NCBI GenBank assembly: GCA_951406725.2
Contig: OX597819.1
Location: 57,536,001 to 57,600,000, forward strand
From: Octopus vulgaris
Taxonomy: Eukaryota
Reading direction: 5' to 3'
DNA length: 64,000 bases
Below are positions 44,421-58,263 of this stretch, piece by piece. Position 1 is the stretch's first letter. Each line of letters begins with the position of its first letter. Both the position numbers and the translations under genes were made by a program. The notes beneath the pieces are model-generated. The model had not been told where the DNA came from. It saw only the letters and a list, made by a program, of their open reading frames with translations, and did no database searches.

Positions 44421-44824
44421 GATGTCCATACTCCTTTTTCTAGCATCCTATCTGACAAAAAAAATTGACATAAGCGTCCTATTTGACAAAAAATCCATCA
44501 TTCCAATTAAAGAGCATAAAATCTACAGAATTGTCTCCCCTTACTCAAAGGAACTGGATAACTCCTACCCCATTTCCTGTTTTGACACACATTCACCCAA
44601 CACTTTAAACTAAACACTACATTTAAGTACATGCATCCTGAACCTCCAAAGAAGTTTCTCCAGGGACTATTACTGAACTCTAAAAGCAGAAAGACTCTAC
44701 AATGTATTGGTATACTTATTTATTAATTTTTGTATATAAGTATTATTATTTTTTGAAAAACATATTTTAAACTTCTTTTTCCCCTTAACTTAGAAATGGA
44801 TGCGTGCGTTCTGTCGTGTAATAA

Positions 44825-45674
44825 CAAATTAATAAATAAAACATATGCATATATACATACATATATGTACGTACCTACATCTACATGTAAGTAAGTTTGT
44901 TCTTAATATTGATACTGATGCGCACTCTTAACCTTTCTGTCCCCCCTCCCTTTCTCAGCCTTTCTTCTTTCTGGTTTCCTTTTCTTCTACCTTACTGTCT
45001 CTCCCTCCCTCCCTCTCTCTCATTCTTCATTCTTTCTGGTTTTCTCTACAACCATTCCTCTTTTTTCTCTCCCCTTCTCTTGCTCTTACTCCTCCCCTGT
45101 CCCGTCGCTGGTCAGCGATGAAGAAACTGCTGTCTTTTCTGACCTTGCTTCACCCGAGTGTAGACGGCAATTCTGTGGCTCTTTCGGCGTTCTCAAAAAT
45201 AGCGTTCGTAATATTTTATCTCGTTTGACTTAACAGCCCTTCTTGTCTGTGTTACTGTTATTCTCCTTGTCCTGTCCTTTACTGTTTCTATTTTGTACTG
45301 TCGTTACTGTCCTGTTTTTGTTACCATTTTTACCCCTCCGCAAAAAATTCTCGAATTTTATTTAATTTGCTTTTCGTGTGAAGGAATGTTTCAGTCGAAG
45401 ACGCGTCTCGCCTTCACCTTCGAAACGCGGAATAGATGAAACCATGGCGACTGAAGAAGGGGAAATTTCCTTGTGTTATATGTCCAGTACTCTATTTTTT
45501 CGCTGTTTAAGAAAAATGTCCAGTTCCTTGGTTTTCTGTTTATGTTTTCGTTTCTCATTGTGTTCGACGTTTTTTTTTGGTGTCCTGTACCCATATATGC
45601 ATGTATATATACATGTAGATGTAGGGACGTACATATATGTATGTATATATGCATATGTTTTATTTATTAATTTG
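44825..45674 (+). mobile_element. Non-coding repeat element with a 65-bp inverted terminal copy
   Basis: 44825-44889 is the reverse complement of 45610-45674; the body is homologous to 45975-46755 in the opposite orientation. Confidence 0.75.
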
Positions 45675-45734
45675 GTATATATATATATATACATATGTGT
45701 ACATGTATACATATAAAATTCCATTTATATATTT

Positions 45735-45822
45735 ATGCAGCTGAAGATGGCACTGCATTTAAATTTATGTAATGATTGTATTGTTCATTTAAATGGAATT
45801 GTCTGAAACGGTCGTACAGCAT
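45735..45822 (+). ncRNA. Hammerhead ribozyme (type I), canonical core
   Basis: atgcag-CTGAAGA(45741)-stem II (ggca..catttaaat/atttaaatg..tgtc)-GAAAC(45805)-ggtc-GTA(45814)-cagcat. Confidence 0.7.
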
Positions 45823-45901
45823 CACTACTTCATATCGTGTAGCTTATTTTGATATGTATATATACATATATATATATATATGTATGCAGGCATATATATG
45901 T

Positions 45902-45974
<73 letters not shown>

Positions 45975-45977
<3 letters not shown>

Positions 45978-46755
45978 AATAAATAAAAATATGCATATAT
46001 ATAAACATATATGTACTACCTACCTCTACATGTACATATACACGCATATATGAGTACAGGACACCAAAAGGACGTCGAACACAATGAGAAACGAAAACAT
46101 AAACACTAACCAAAGGAACTGGACATTTTTTAAACAACAAAAAAATAGAGTACAGGACAATTAACACAAAGAAAAACCCCTTCTTCAGTCGCTATGGTTT
46201 CATCTACTCTACGTTTCGAAGGTGAAAGCGAGACGTATCCTCGACAAGAAACTTTCCTTCCTGCGAAAAGCAAATCAATTAAAATTCTGACATCTTTTCG
46301 CAGAGGGGTAAAAAATGGTAACAAAAACAGGACAGTAACGACAGTACAAATTATAAAAAGTAAAAGACAGGACAAGGAAAAACAAGATAAGAAGGGCATG
46401 TTAACGCCGAACGAAAAAAAGTATTGCGAACGCGGATTTTTTTGTGAACGACGAGCGGAGCAAAAAGAATTGTCGTCCATATCTCGAGAGGGTAAGGGTA
46501 GAAAGACAGTAGCGGAAGTCTCGTTGCGGGTCAACGACGGAAAGGGGGAGGAGGAGCAAGAGAACGGGAGATAAGGGGAATGGTTGTGAGGAAACCATGA
46601 AGAATGAAGAGGGGGAGAGAGAGAGAGTGAAGAATGAGAGAGAGAAAGAGAAATGTTAAGTAGAGGAAAAGGAAATCAAAGAATGAAGGCTGAGAAAGGG
46701 ATGAGACAGAAAGGTTAAGAGTGCGCATCGAAGTTAATATCAAGAACAAAACTTA
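45975..46755 (-). mobile_element. Second copy of the 44825-45674 family, inverted
   Basis: Shares gatgcgcactcttaacctttctgtc, ccttcgaaacg..gatgaaacc..gactgaagaagggg and ctcattgtgttcgacgt. Confidence 0.8.
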
Positions 46756-46978
46756 ATATAAAGAACAATCTTACGTAAAAAGGGAAGTATGTATATTTAT
46801 CTATATATATGCATATATATTTATATATATATATCCCTATTTATATATATATACGCATACATATATAGATATATATATGTATACACATATAAATATATAT
46901 GCGTACATATTTATATATATATATATGTATACATATTTATACATATTATATGTATACATATATATTTATATATATTTA

Positions 46979-47036
<58 letters not shown>

Positions 47037-48249
47037 TGTGTGTGTGTGTATTTATGTATCGAAATACTTATACATACACATATCTCTAGATACACATATA
47101 CAAAGATATCCGTAGTGGCAGATTCTGAAATCAGACCCTAACATCAGTCTATTAGTTGCTGTGTATCTCTTTCTCATTTATTTACTAGACAATATTTTTG
47201 CCATCATTTAAGTGAGTTATAAATTTATGACCATTTTGTCTAGAGCCTCATATTGCTTTCTTTGTTTTCATGTGCCAAACTGTCATCTTACTTTATCGTA
47301 AACATTTCATTTCCCTTAACACCTTTGTTACAATATTTCTGCTGAAATACTCTGACCTTGTTTCCATTAATTTTCAAAATAAGAAAGAATTTAGTAAAGT
47401 AACTGTCATAATTAAGCTGCTGTTTTGACCATAAATTAACATCAAAGTTTTATTTGAGGTTTCAATTTAGTTCTCTTTTCCAAAACAAGCCTGGAACGTA
47501 GCACCAACGGCGGTCTCGGATGGGTTGGTATCAAAAGGATAAGATCTGCTTCCCGTTTTCTAGTCGGTAGATTTTGTGGTAATTACGACTTATTACTTTC
47601 GAATTTCATATCAAAGCAACATCAATTGTGCTTTGAATTATCGTGGGACCTATAAAGTAAAGTATTTCTAAAATATTGTTCAATCATAATCGACCAACTA
47701 CATAAACCTTACGAATACACACATACACACACACACACACACATACATACATACATACATACATACATACATACATACATACATACATACATACATACAT
47801 ACATACATGTAATTCATCGTCTTCTTTGTACACATACATACATGTATGTGTACAAAGAAGACAACGAAATCAGTTGTCATTTTTGACAAGCAACATTTTT
47901 AGTCTTCCAGTAAAGAATGAACAAATGTTGTTTCTAAAAACTACAAAACGTCGAGAGAGTTTACAAGTTATTGATCTTGATATAATTGTTGCATCAGTCA
48001 AAATTTTGCGGCTGGTCGTTGTGCTGCTGTCACCTATTCTTACTGACTTAGCTGCTGCCCACAATCACCATTTAGCGTCTCACATGATGTCTAACAGTAT
48101 TCTCTCTTAGGTAGCTAAGGGGTACTGAATTTATAACGTTTGATAGACTCATAGAGAAATGCGAGAAAGGATGGTATTTCTGTAAGAACCATTTCTAGGC
48201 GAAGTCGTGAATGGTCAGATATTTTGCTCACGTGAGTATTATTCTAGTG

Positions 48250-48413
48250 CAGTGCTTTTCAAACATTTTGCTGGAGCGGAACCCCAAGGAAACATTCCAC
48301 AGGCTCGAGGAACCCCTGTGCAATAATAGTCTTATGCCCACATATCTGCACAGGAGATTTTAGCATTTTTGTAACTTCTTGCAGAACCCCTGGACTGTAC
48401 TGGCGGAACCCTA

Positions 48414-48414
<1 letters not shown>
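48250..48414. mobile_element. hAT-like MITE end
   Basis: Starts cagtgcttttcaaac, followed by repeated cggaacccc/gaacccct subterminal motifs. No second end found. Confidence 0.45.
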
Positions 48415-48464
<50 letters not shown>

Positions 48465-48477
48465 AACAATACCATAT

Positions 48478-48510
48478 TAGTCCCAAGCAACGCCAGGTAT
48501 CTCTGCTAGT
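48478..48510 (+). mobile_element. Helitron-like 3' terminus
   Basis: Degenerate hairpin cccaagcaacgccagg followed by ~9 nt and CTAG|T. Confidence 0.4.
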
Positions 48511-48756
48511 TTGTTTATAATGTACTTATTAAAAACATATTAAAATAAAAAAATTCAATCATGAAAGCAATTTATTATTAATTCTTTTATTAGAATATAA
48601 CATTATTTTATAAGAACATAACGTTATTTTATAATGCAAATAATTTTAAAATCTATTTATTTGTAACGGATATGGTGCTGTAATGCTTTGCTATTTTTAT
48701 GTGCAAACAAAATTTCAAAGTTTGAAAAAAATTTGTATTTATTAAGATATTTTGTA

Positions 48757-48927
48757 TAGTAGGAGTGACTGAGTGGTGAGTAGCTTGCTTACGAACCACA
48801 CGGTTCCGGGTTCAATCCCACTGCGTGGCACCTTGACCAAGTGTCTTCTACTATAGCCTCGGGCCGAGCAGAGCCTTGTGAGTGGATTTCGTTGACGAAA
48901 ACTGAAAGAAACCCGTCGTATACATAC

Positions 48928-48974
<47 letters not shown>

Positions 48975-49481
48975 CATATGTGTTTGTGTGTCTGTATTTG
49001 TCCCCCAACATCGCTTGACAACCGATGCTGGTGTGTTTACGTCCCCGTAACTTAGCGGTTCGGGAAAAGAGAGCGATAGACTAAAGTACTAGGCTTACGA
49101 AGTAAAAGTTTTGGGGTTGTTGAAGGCGTGTGGCTTAGTGGTTAGGGGCATTCGCCTCATGATCAATTCCCGGCGGCGCGCTGTGTCCGTGAGCAAGACA
49201 CTTTATTTCCCGTTGCTCCAGTTCACTCAGCTGGCAAAAATGAGTAGCATCTGTATTTCAAAAGGCCAGCTGAATCTCCCCGAGAACTACGTTAAGGGTA
49301 CACGTGTCTGTGGAGTGCTCGGCAACTTGCACGTTAATTTCACGAGCAAGCTGTTCCGTTGATCTTATCAGCTGGGACCCTCGTCGTCGCAACTGACGGA
49401 GTGCTCCTGGGGTCGATTTGCTCAACTAAAGGCGGTGCTCCAGCATGGCCGCAGTCAAATGACTGAAACAAGTAAAAGAGT
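48757..49481 (+). mobile_element. SINE family A with a nested family C SINE (49122-49408)
   Basis: Family A is interrupted at tgggg and resumes at ctggggtcgatttgctc after a family C copy. Confidence 0.88.
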
Positions 49482-49989
49482 AGCAATTTTTTCCGTGATA
49501 AAAGTAAATATAAGGATTATAATAATAGAAAAGTTGCCTGGAAAAAAAAGTGGATCAATATGATAATGATTGCGGGTGCAAAATCGTAGAATATTCTTAA
49601 GTGTTGAACTCGGAGAAGCTTACTGAACAAGCAGCAGTTACACCTGGAAAAGTACAGAACAAGAAGAGAAACAATAAATCTTACAACATTGAAGCCGAAG
49701 TTAGCATTTGCTAAATAAATTTCCAAAATTGTTCATGAAATATTAAGTGCACTGTTTTGCTCTTCGTATTTTTTGGTGTTTTATTACAATTTTTTAAATT
49801 TAAATTTAATATTTTTTATCTAAAAATTTCTTTGTATTAAACTAAACATTTCTGGCTTGTTTTTTTAGCATTATATTATTTTTTAATTATATTTTTATTA
49901 TCATATCATTAAAAAAATTTTTTTTTTCTTAACAAAACTTATAAACAAAAATCAAATCACAAATATTGTATCATAAAATTTAACTCATT

Positions 49990-50404
49990 CTTGTATTCTT
50001 TTAGCCATTTGACTCCGGTCATGCTGGAGCTCTGCGTTTAGTCGATCAAATCAACGCCAGGACTTATTCTTTGTAGGCCTAGTACTTATTCCATCAGTCT
50101 CTTTGGCCGAACCGCTATGTTACGAGGACGCAAACACACCAGCATCGGTTGTCAAGCGATGTTGGGGTGGGGGACAATCACAGATAACAAACGTATACAC
50201 ACGCACACACACTCACACACACATATATATACATATATACGACGGGTTACTTTCAGTTTCCGTCTATCAAATCCACTCACAAGACCTAGCTTGGCCCGAG
50301 GCTATAGTAGAAGGCACATACCCAAGGTATCACGCAGTGGGACTGAACCCGGAACCATGTGGTTGGTAAGCAAGCTACTTACCACACCGCCACTCCTACG
50401 CCTA
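49990..50404 (-). mobile_element. SINE family A
   Basis: Full-length reverse-complement copy. Confidence 0.9.
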
Positions 50405-50557
50405 TTTCTTAAGAAAACTCATCATGACAAAAATTGAATCATAAATATTGTGTTTTAGAATTAAAATCACGTAGAAGATATGTAATTCAAACAAGTATAA
50501 TAGAGTTTTAAAAAATCTCAAAGAAACAAAATAATTAATTTCTTTAAAGTTTGCATA

Positions 50558-50724
50558 TAGGCGTAGGAGCGGCCGTGTGATAAGTAGCTTGCTTACGAAC
50601 CACATGGTTCCGGGTTCGTTCCCACTGCGTGGCACTTTGGGCAAGTGTCTTCTACTATAGCTTCGGGCCGACCAAATCCTTGTGAGTGGATTTGGTGTAC
50701 GGAAACTGAAAGTAGCCCGTCGTA

Positions 50725-50780
<56 letters not shown>

Positions 50781-51012
50781 TGTGTATATGTTTAAGTGAC
50801 TGTGTTTGTCCCCCCAATATCGCTTGACAGCTGATGCTGGTGAGTTTACGTCCCCGTACTTTAGCGGTTTGGCAAAAGAGACCGATAGAATAAGTACAAA
50901 GCTTACGAAGAGCAAGTCCTGGGGGTCGATGCGCTCGACTAAAGGCGGTGCACCAGCATGGCTGCATTCAAATGACTGTCTGAAACAAGTAAAAGAGTAA
51001 AAGAGTAAAGAG
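50558..51012 (+). mobile_element. SINE family A
   Basis: Full-length copy ending in (gtaaaaga)n. Confidence 0.9.
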
Positions 51013-51126
51013 CATTATGTAATAACAAAAAAATGTTTCTATTTACACCCATTAGTTTCTTTTTCAAACACTGAGGGCTTATAATTTTCAATTTTGCTTA
51101 AATTGCGTGATTTTTTAAAAAAAGTA

Positions 51127-51638
51127 CCGTAAATCCTCGAGTATAGTCCGCCTTTGAGTATAATACGCAGGGGATTTTTAGAGGGCTGTACCTCTGAAAA
51201 TCCTGAACCTTGTGTATAATACGCACCCCTTCTCTAATTTGTGTCAAGGAGGTCTATATAACGTCCTTGGTTTGTAAAAATGTATACGGTAACGTCCTTT
51301 ATTATTATTGTATATATATAACATAATGCAAACGTGTAGCTTTTTTGTGCATTTTCTTTGCAGAAAATAAAGAAATAACAGTAATAACGTTTAATAAATG
51401 TTGCTTACTGCAAGTTATGGATGATCCTTTTATGACTTCATTGCTTTCAGGCTTAGCTTAAGGTATTTTCACGCCCCACATTACAAAATGCGTCTGAATA
51501 CATTGCCGGACAGCAAATAGAGACTCGGACATTGCTTAGAAAATAATTTTCATTTTTAACCTCGTATATAGTACGCACTAGGGATTTTGACCTTTTAATT
51601 TTGGGGAAAAAATGCGGGTTATACTCGAGGATTTACGG
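51127..51638. mobile_element. pogo/Tigger-type MITE
   Basis: Perfect TIRs ccgtaaatcctcgagtata / tatactcgaggatttacgg, TA target duplication, internal gtataatacgca repeats. Confidence 0.85.
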
Positions 51639-51786
51639 TATGTAAATTTGTAACATTAAATTTTTGATGAATAAACATGCAGGCAATTAGTCTTTTCATT
51701 AAAAATGGTTCTTGAGTATTTTGATTTCAACTTTTAAGTAAAAATACAAAATATAAGAGACGTTTATAACTAACTTAGATTTGCCA

Positions 51787-51833
51787 TTAATTCAGGTAGA
51801 CAAACAATCGCATGTCGTCAATCAGGTCATATC
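51787..51833 (-). CDS. Terminal coding exon of an uncharacterised gene: (G)YDLIDDMRLFVYLN*
   Basis: Polypyrimidine tract plus CAG acceptor; phase 1 matches the upstream donor at 56151; ends in TAA. Confidence 0.7.
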
Positions 51834-51907
51834 CTGAAAAAAAAAAACAACAAACACCTCAATTTCAACAATAAGAGTAACACGATGAAAAGCAGTAAGT
51901 ACAACTA

Positions 51908-52443
51908 TTGGGTTGTCCGGAAAGTTCGTGCCGATTTATAGTAGCTTACCTTTCGACGTATTTTAGAACATCGTTAAGTCCATGAAATAGGATTTGACAA
52001 CACCTCCATTTAGAGCACAGTTTAAACTATCTTTTCCTGGAAGAAGGTATATATTTCTATAACCTGTATTAATTCTGTAACCCTTTAAATTGGAAGATGA
52101 GAAAGTTCATTTTCAGCACTTGAGGCTTTGGGAACCAGACAGAAATTGCTGCAGCTCGGCTGGGATGTGTTACCCCACCCTCCAGATATTGCTCCTTCGG
52201 ATTTCCACTTATTCAGGTCTCTGCAGAATAGTCTTAATGGTAAAAATTTCAATTCCTTGGATGACGTAAAAACATACCTTGATGAATTCTTTGCCATGAA
52301 ACCACCCCAATTCTGGGAAGAGGGTATTTTCAAGCAAAAGGAAAGATGGAGACACGTCGTGCATCAAAATGGTTCATATTTGGTTGAATTATTGATCTTT
52401 TTCTTTCCTTTAAAAATCGGCACGAACTTTCCGGACAACCCAA
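51908..52443 (+). mobile_element. Non-autonomous mariner, same family as 267-835
   Basis: TIRs ttgggttgtccggaaagttcgtgccgattt and its reverse complement, TA flanks; LGWDVLPHPPDIAPSDFHLFRSLQNSL. Confidence 0.92.
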
Positions 52444-52526
52444 TACATTAGCAACAGCGACAATACGAAAATGTTCATATTAATTTGTAACATAATTCGG
52501 CAAATTTGAACTAGAATTTTAAAATC

Positions 52527-52797
<271 letters not shown>

Positions 52798-53189
52798 TGA
52801 ATGCAAACCATTCTTCCCAAAGTCAGAATACAGCTGATTTCTACCAGAAAAATTAAGTTCCAATAATGGACCCCAAAGCTGGTACCTTAGTTATTGATTC
52901 CGAAACAAGGAAAATGATATCGGCAGGATTTGAAGTCAGAGCCCAGAAAATCGCAACGAACACAGCAATCTTTGCTGTTTAGAATCATATATATGTTCTC
53001 TATGTTTGCTAATAAAGATTTCTACATCAAATAGAGATAAATGGTATTAATGCATACATTAATGTTGGCTACTGGAGGTCAAACTGAGCGAAATTAAAGT
53101 TGCAAATTTACATGGAAAAATGTGTGCACACCCGATAATAAGACAGCTGATGTCTGCTAGAGATCAAACTGATGGAAATTTTGTTGTTT

Positions 53190-53450
53190 GTTCCTTCTCG
53201 AGCCACTACTGGCTCATAAGGGCCAGTTTCCCGGTTTTCTTGGCGTATAGGTTCCTCACCTGGACGGGATGCCGGTCCGTCGCAAGTGAGCTGCAGATGC
53301 AGAAGGAAAGAGTGAGAGAAAGTTCTGCTGGAGCCGCGTGGAGCTTAGGTGTTTCGATCATAAACACACACATCGACCGGTCTGAGATTCGAACCCGCGA
53401 TCCCTCGACCGCGAGTCCGCTGCTCTAACCACTAGGTCATGTGCCTCCAC
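53190..53450 (-). mobile_element. SINE family D variant
   Basis: Minus-strand head ..cctagtggttagagcagcggactcgcggtc..ggttcgaatc..aacacctaagctccacg. Confidence 0.8.
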
Positions 53451-53514
53451 GAATGGAAATGTAGTACACAAATATATAAACAACGGATGCTGTTCAAGGT
53501 TTTAAGAGTATTGC

Positions 53515-53625
53515 AAAAGATTTGGCTGGAGACCCAATCTTCCGTGTTCTTTTACAAGGTTAGAAAAACTGATGGGTCACTGCAATAAGTGTGTGAATCT
53601 GAGAGGGGAATATGTTGAATTAAAT
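53515..53625 (+). mobile_element. Mariner transposase C-terminal remnant
   Basis: WLETQSSVFF....KL...CNKCVNLRGEYVE resembles the mariner WxKCVxxxGxYVE end. Confidence 0.55.
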
Positions 53626-53687
53626 CATAATTAACACACACACATATATATATATATATGTGTGTGTGTGTGTTAATGTGTTATATA

Positions 53688-54248
53688 TAGGCGCATGAGT
53701 GGCTGTGTGGTAAGTTGCTTGCTTACCAACCACATGGTTCTGGGTTCAGTCCCACTGCGTGGCACTTTGGGCAAGTGTCTTCTACTATAGCCTCGGGCAG
53801 ACCAAAGCCTTGTGAGTGGATTTGGTAGACGGAAACTGATAGAAGCCAGTCGTATATACGTATGTTTTTGTGCGTGTGTTTGTCCCCCTAGCTTTGCTTG
53901 ACAACCGATGTTGGTGTGTTTATGTCCCCGTCACTTAACGGTTCGGCAAAGGAGACCGATAGAATAAGTACTGGGCTTACAAAGAATTAGTCCCGGGGTC
54001 GAGTTGCTCGATTAAAGGTGGTGCTCCAGCATAGCCGCAGTCAAATGACTGAAACAAGTAAAAGAGTAAAGAGTATCATATACATATATACGATGATCTT
54101 CTTTCAGTTTCAATCTACCAAACCACTCACAAGGCTTTGGCCCGAGTCCATTATAGAAAACACTTGCCCAAAGTTCCACGCAGTGCCACTGAACCCGGAA
54201 CCATGTAGTTCGTAAGCAAGCTACTTACCACACAGCCACGCCTGCGCC
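53688..54248. mobile_element. SINE family A (+, 53688-54073) plus an inverted head fragment (-, 54090-54248)
   Basis: Both match family A in opposite orientations. Confidence 0.88.
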
Positions 54249-54539
54249 TCATGTCCGTTATTTTTAGGTAAAATTTCTTTGTATGTGACAACGACCATCT
54301 TCCACTACTCTTTCATCGGGAGTTGAGCGCACAAGAAAGATAAATAGTGTATGTACATGTATACTGTGGTTCGATTAGTTTTATCCCTGAGAGTCATCGG
54401 GTGTTTTATTTCTGGATCTGAACAGAAAACAGACAATATTCGAAACAGAAATATTTTGGTGTGATTTCAAGCGATCGTCAGATGTTATTGATGGATATGT
54501 GGATTTTTATTGACACTTCGCTGGTTACAACGAAATGTA

Positions 54540-54983
54540 TTCTAGTTAATTCAATCACCGGAACAGTTTGCTCCTGAAATTAGCACACAAGTGGCTGAGT
54601 ACTCCACAGATACGTGTACCCTTAACTTAGTTCTCAGGGAGATTTGGCGTAACACAGAATATGACAAGACTGGCCCTTTGAAATAAAGGTACAACTAATT
54701 TTTGTCAGCTGAATGGACTGGGGTAACGTGAAATAAAATGTCTTGCTCAAAGATGCAATCCACCGCCCGGAATAGAACTCATGAACTTACGATCGTGAAC
54801 CGAGTACCCTAACCACTAAGCCACGCGCTTTCACGCGCTGGTGGAATAAAGACGCACAGTTTGCATTTGCTGGGTTCTGGTTTCGTTCTCGCTGTATTGC
54901 GACTTCTACTATGGTGGTGGGTCTACAACCGATACTAACAAAATAACCCCATAACAACAGCATTCCTCCTCCTCCTCCTCCTC

Positions 54984-55041
<58 letters not shown>

Positions 55042-55491
55042 AACTACTGCTGCTGCTGCTGCTTCTACTAGTACTTGAGTTCAGACCCCCTTCGGTCATG
55101 ACTGACCATTGGATTGCACCTAGAAATTTGCCCTCCCAGGCACAAGTCCGAACAAAGTTGTTTATGGAAGACCAGCAGTCGCCCATGCAAACCGGCCTCC
55201 CCCTCCACACGCCACCAGTGTTATCCAAGGGAAAGGCAAAGAGGCCGATGCAGCTTGGGACCTGTGACGTTGCAACTCATTTCTATAGCTGAGTGAACTG
55301 GAGCAATGTGAAATAAAGTGTCTTGCTCAAGAAACACAACACGCAACCCGGTCCGGGATCCAAACTCACAACCTAGCGATCGTAAGCTCGACGCTCTAAC
55401 CACTGAGCCATGCGCCTTCACTACTACTACTAATACTACTACTAATACTACTACTAATACTACTTCTACTACCACCACCTACACCACCACC

Positions 55492-55523
<32 letters not shown>

Positions 55524-55805
55524 GACGACGACGACGACGACGACGAGGGTTCTTTTTGATCCGATCAACGGAACAGCCTGCTCGTGAAATTAACGTGCAA
55601 GTGACTGAGCACTCCACGAACAGGGAGATTCAGCGTGACAAGGTCGGCCCTTTGAAATACAGGTACAAGTCATTTTTGCCAGCTGAGTGGACTGGAGCAA
55701 CGTGAAATGAAGTGTCTTGCTCAAGGACAAAACGCGTCGCCGGGAATCGAACTCACGACTTTACAATCGTGAGCTGAATGCCCTAACCACTAAGCCACGC
55801 GTTTT

Positions 55806-55808
<3 letters not shown>
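54540..55808 (-). mobile_element. Three family C-type SINEs (54540-54834, 55084-55421, 55545-55808) separated by (ACT)n tracts
   Basis: Each has the minus-strand gtggct(t/c)agtggttag head and the ttgagcaagacact..ttgctccag motif; 55084-55421 carries the alternative tail seen at 62872. Confidence 0.85.
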
Positions 55809-55868
<60 letters not shown>

Positions 55869-55976
55869 AACAATTACTACTACTACGGCTGCTGCTATGG
55901 CTGCTGCTGCCACCATTACTACTATCGAAATGAATGCAAATACACAGTAAATATAAATGTACGATGGCAAAGGACT

Positions 55977-56142
55977 TACCTATTTCTTTATTACCCTCAA
56001 GGGGCTAAACATAGAGGCGACAAACAAGGACAGACATAGGTATTAAGTCGATTACATCTACCCCAGTGCGTAACTGGTACTTAATTTATCGACCCCGAAA
56101 GGATGAAAGGCAAAGTCGACCTCGGCGGAATTTGAACTCACA
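55977..56142 (-). mobile_element. SINE family B fragment
   Basis: Matches 34260-34425; ends ~10 nt from a splice donor. Confidence 0.85.
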
Positions 56143-56151
56143 GAGACTTAC

Positions 56152-56315
56152 CTTGGTTCCAGTAGGTTTGTGTCTTTGAATTGGCATAAAGAATTGCAGG
56201 ATAATGTGAGAAATTGGCATACGAACAGTTAAATGGACGATCAATAACTGTGAACCATCCACGATCCTCATCACAATTATCTCCAAAATATCCAATGGAG
56301 AAGGAACGATCGACT
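56152..56315 (-). CDS. Internal coding exon: (E)VDRSFSIGYFGDNCDEDRGWFTVIDRPFNCSYANFSHYPAILYANSKTQTYWNQ(G)
   Basis: Acceptor tttctttcttaaacAG, donor AAG|GTAAGT, 164 bp open frame; phases 2 and 1 match the neighbouring exons. Confidence 0.88.
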
Positions 56316-56413
56316 CTGTTTAAGAAAGAAAATTTACGGAATTTGATATCAGAGACACTGGTTAGAGACTGTGCAGACGATAACATCGGTGGATAGACAA
56401 CAACAACAGCAGT

Positions 56414-56608
56414 GGAAGTGCAATGGCCCAGTCGTTAGGGCAGCGGACTCGCGGTCGCAAGAACGCGGTTTCGATTCCCAGACCGGGCATTATGAGTGTT
56501 TATTGAGCAAAAACACTTAAGCTCCACGAGGCTCCGGCGGGGGTGGGTGGTGAACCCCGCTGTACTCTTTCACCACAACTTTCTCTCAATCTTTCTTCCT
56601 ACTTCTGT
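56414..56608 (+). mobile_element. SINE family D head
   Basis: Matches 27395-27590. Confidence 0.85.
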
Positions 56609-57933
56609 CACAAAGCAGAGGACCATGATGTGACCCGCTATGTTGTAGTAAACTTTCAGACCCTAGCCTAGATTGCGAATCCTCTGTACCCCAGGATGGT
56701 TCAGCTCTCCACCCGTTAAAAGCCACCGTTTACGGAATGAGGATAACAACGTAGCTTTCGCGCCCGTGCAACCGCCAGTCTATCGTTTATGGTGGGTGGA
56801 TCTTCAAGTTGCCCACATACATTCTTAGTAGCTTAGGGTAGGCTCGAATTAGAGATTATTCTTTGTGGCAAATGGCGTGAGTCCTGATTGGAAGAAGAAG
56901 AAGAAGAAGAATAAGAAGAAGACAACAGCAAATACAACAACAATAGCGATTTTGTAATTTTAGGCACAAGGTCACCAATATTAAAATGTAAAGGTAAATC
57001 GATAGATATCGATTAAGCTGTTTCAATGACACCTTATTCTATCAGCCCGTATCCGATAACGGGCGACGTTGATCGTATCATATTTAAAACTAGGTTAAGA
57101 GATGGTGGAAATCCTGCATGTCGAATTCTTCTGTCAAACTACTCCCATCAATGTTGATGATGATGATGATGATGACGACGATGATGATGGTGGTGACGAA
57201 GATGACGATGATGATGATGATGTGGTTTTTAACAAAAATGTTGCCCACAAATTACCTTAAAATCGTAATCTATTCTGTTGAAAAAGGATTTGTATAAATT
57301 TTCATCAAAAGACATCCAATTTCCTGAAAGTTATGAGTGGGGAAATGTCAGATCGTGTGAATTTTCCAAAACTCCTCTCTCCAATTCCTCGGAAAAATTC
57401 TTTCCCATAAATTCCGATATACTCTGAAGCCACAACATCTAAGTGGTATTTGTAGAAAATTTTGTTAAAAAGTATTCATTTTTCTGGATGTTATGAGACA
57501 ACAAAATCGGAGGCCCTTTTATTTATACGATTTTTTCATTTCATGTTTATTTCATTCATTATTTGCAATGTTCTCTTTCCCCCCTCTCACACATACATAC
57601 ACAGCAAGGCTTAGAGATGGGCTGCTGAATTGTAATCTCTATGTTTCTTTGAGAGGAAGGGGAAACTTTACAAATTGCTTCTCCCTCTGTTGTTGGACTA
57701 CCATGATGTTTGTTTAAAAGAGAGAGATTATGACTGAGATAAAATAATGAAAGCAATAATTGATTATTATAATAAGAGGGATCTTTGATTATAATGATAA
57801 CAGGGATCTTTGAGCAAGTCTCCGGAAATTAATTACTCGGGATACAATTTATTGCCTATAGATGAATAAAAGCAAGATGATTCCAGGGTGTAAGGGAACA
57901 CAACGAGACATCATAAAATGAAAAATAGCTTAC

Positions 57934-58097
57934 TCATTTCCTAGAGCTGAAAACATATTAAAGCTGGTTGCGTTGAGATCAGTCCATGGCTTGTTTAGCA
58001 GTCTTTCATACTGAAACCAGTTACGAAGGGTTGAATTACGTACATCAAATCTCAAATCCACAACGACCGTTCCGCTTTTGTAACCTATGATTTGCGC
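57934..58097 (-). CDS. Internal coding exon: AQIIGYKSGTVVVDLRFDVRNSTLRNWFQYERLLNKPWTDLNATSFNMFSALGN(E)
   Basis: Acceptor aatttcttAG, donor GA|GTAAGC, 164 bp open frame; splices in frame to 56315. Confidence 0.85.
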
Positions 58098-58179
58098 CTA
58101 AGAAATTATGAAATTGAGATCCATAATTATATGTATAAGCACATGTATGTGTGAGCATATATACAAACATACATTCATA

Positions 58180-58261
<82 letters not shown>

Positions 58262-58263
<2 letters not shown>

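Noticed and set aside
56152-58097. Two consecutive exons both exactly 164 bp
   Set aside because: Different phases and no sequence similarity; treated as coincidence.
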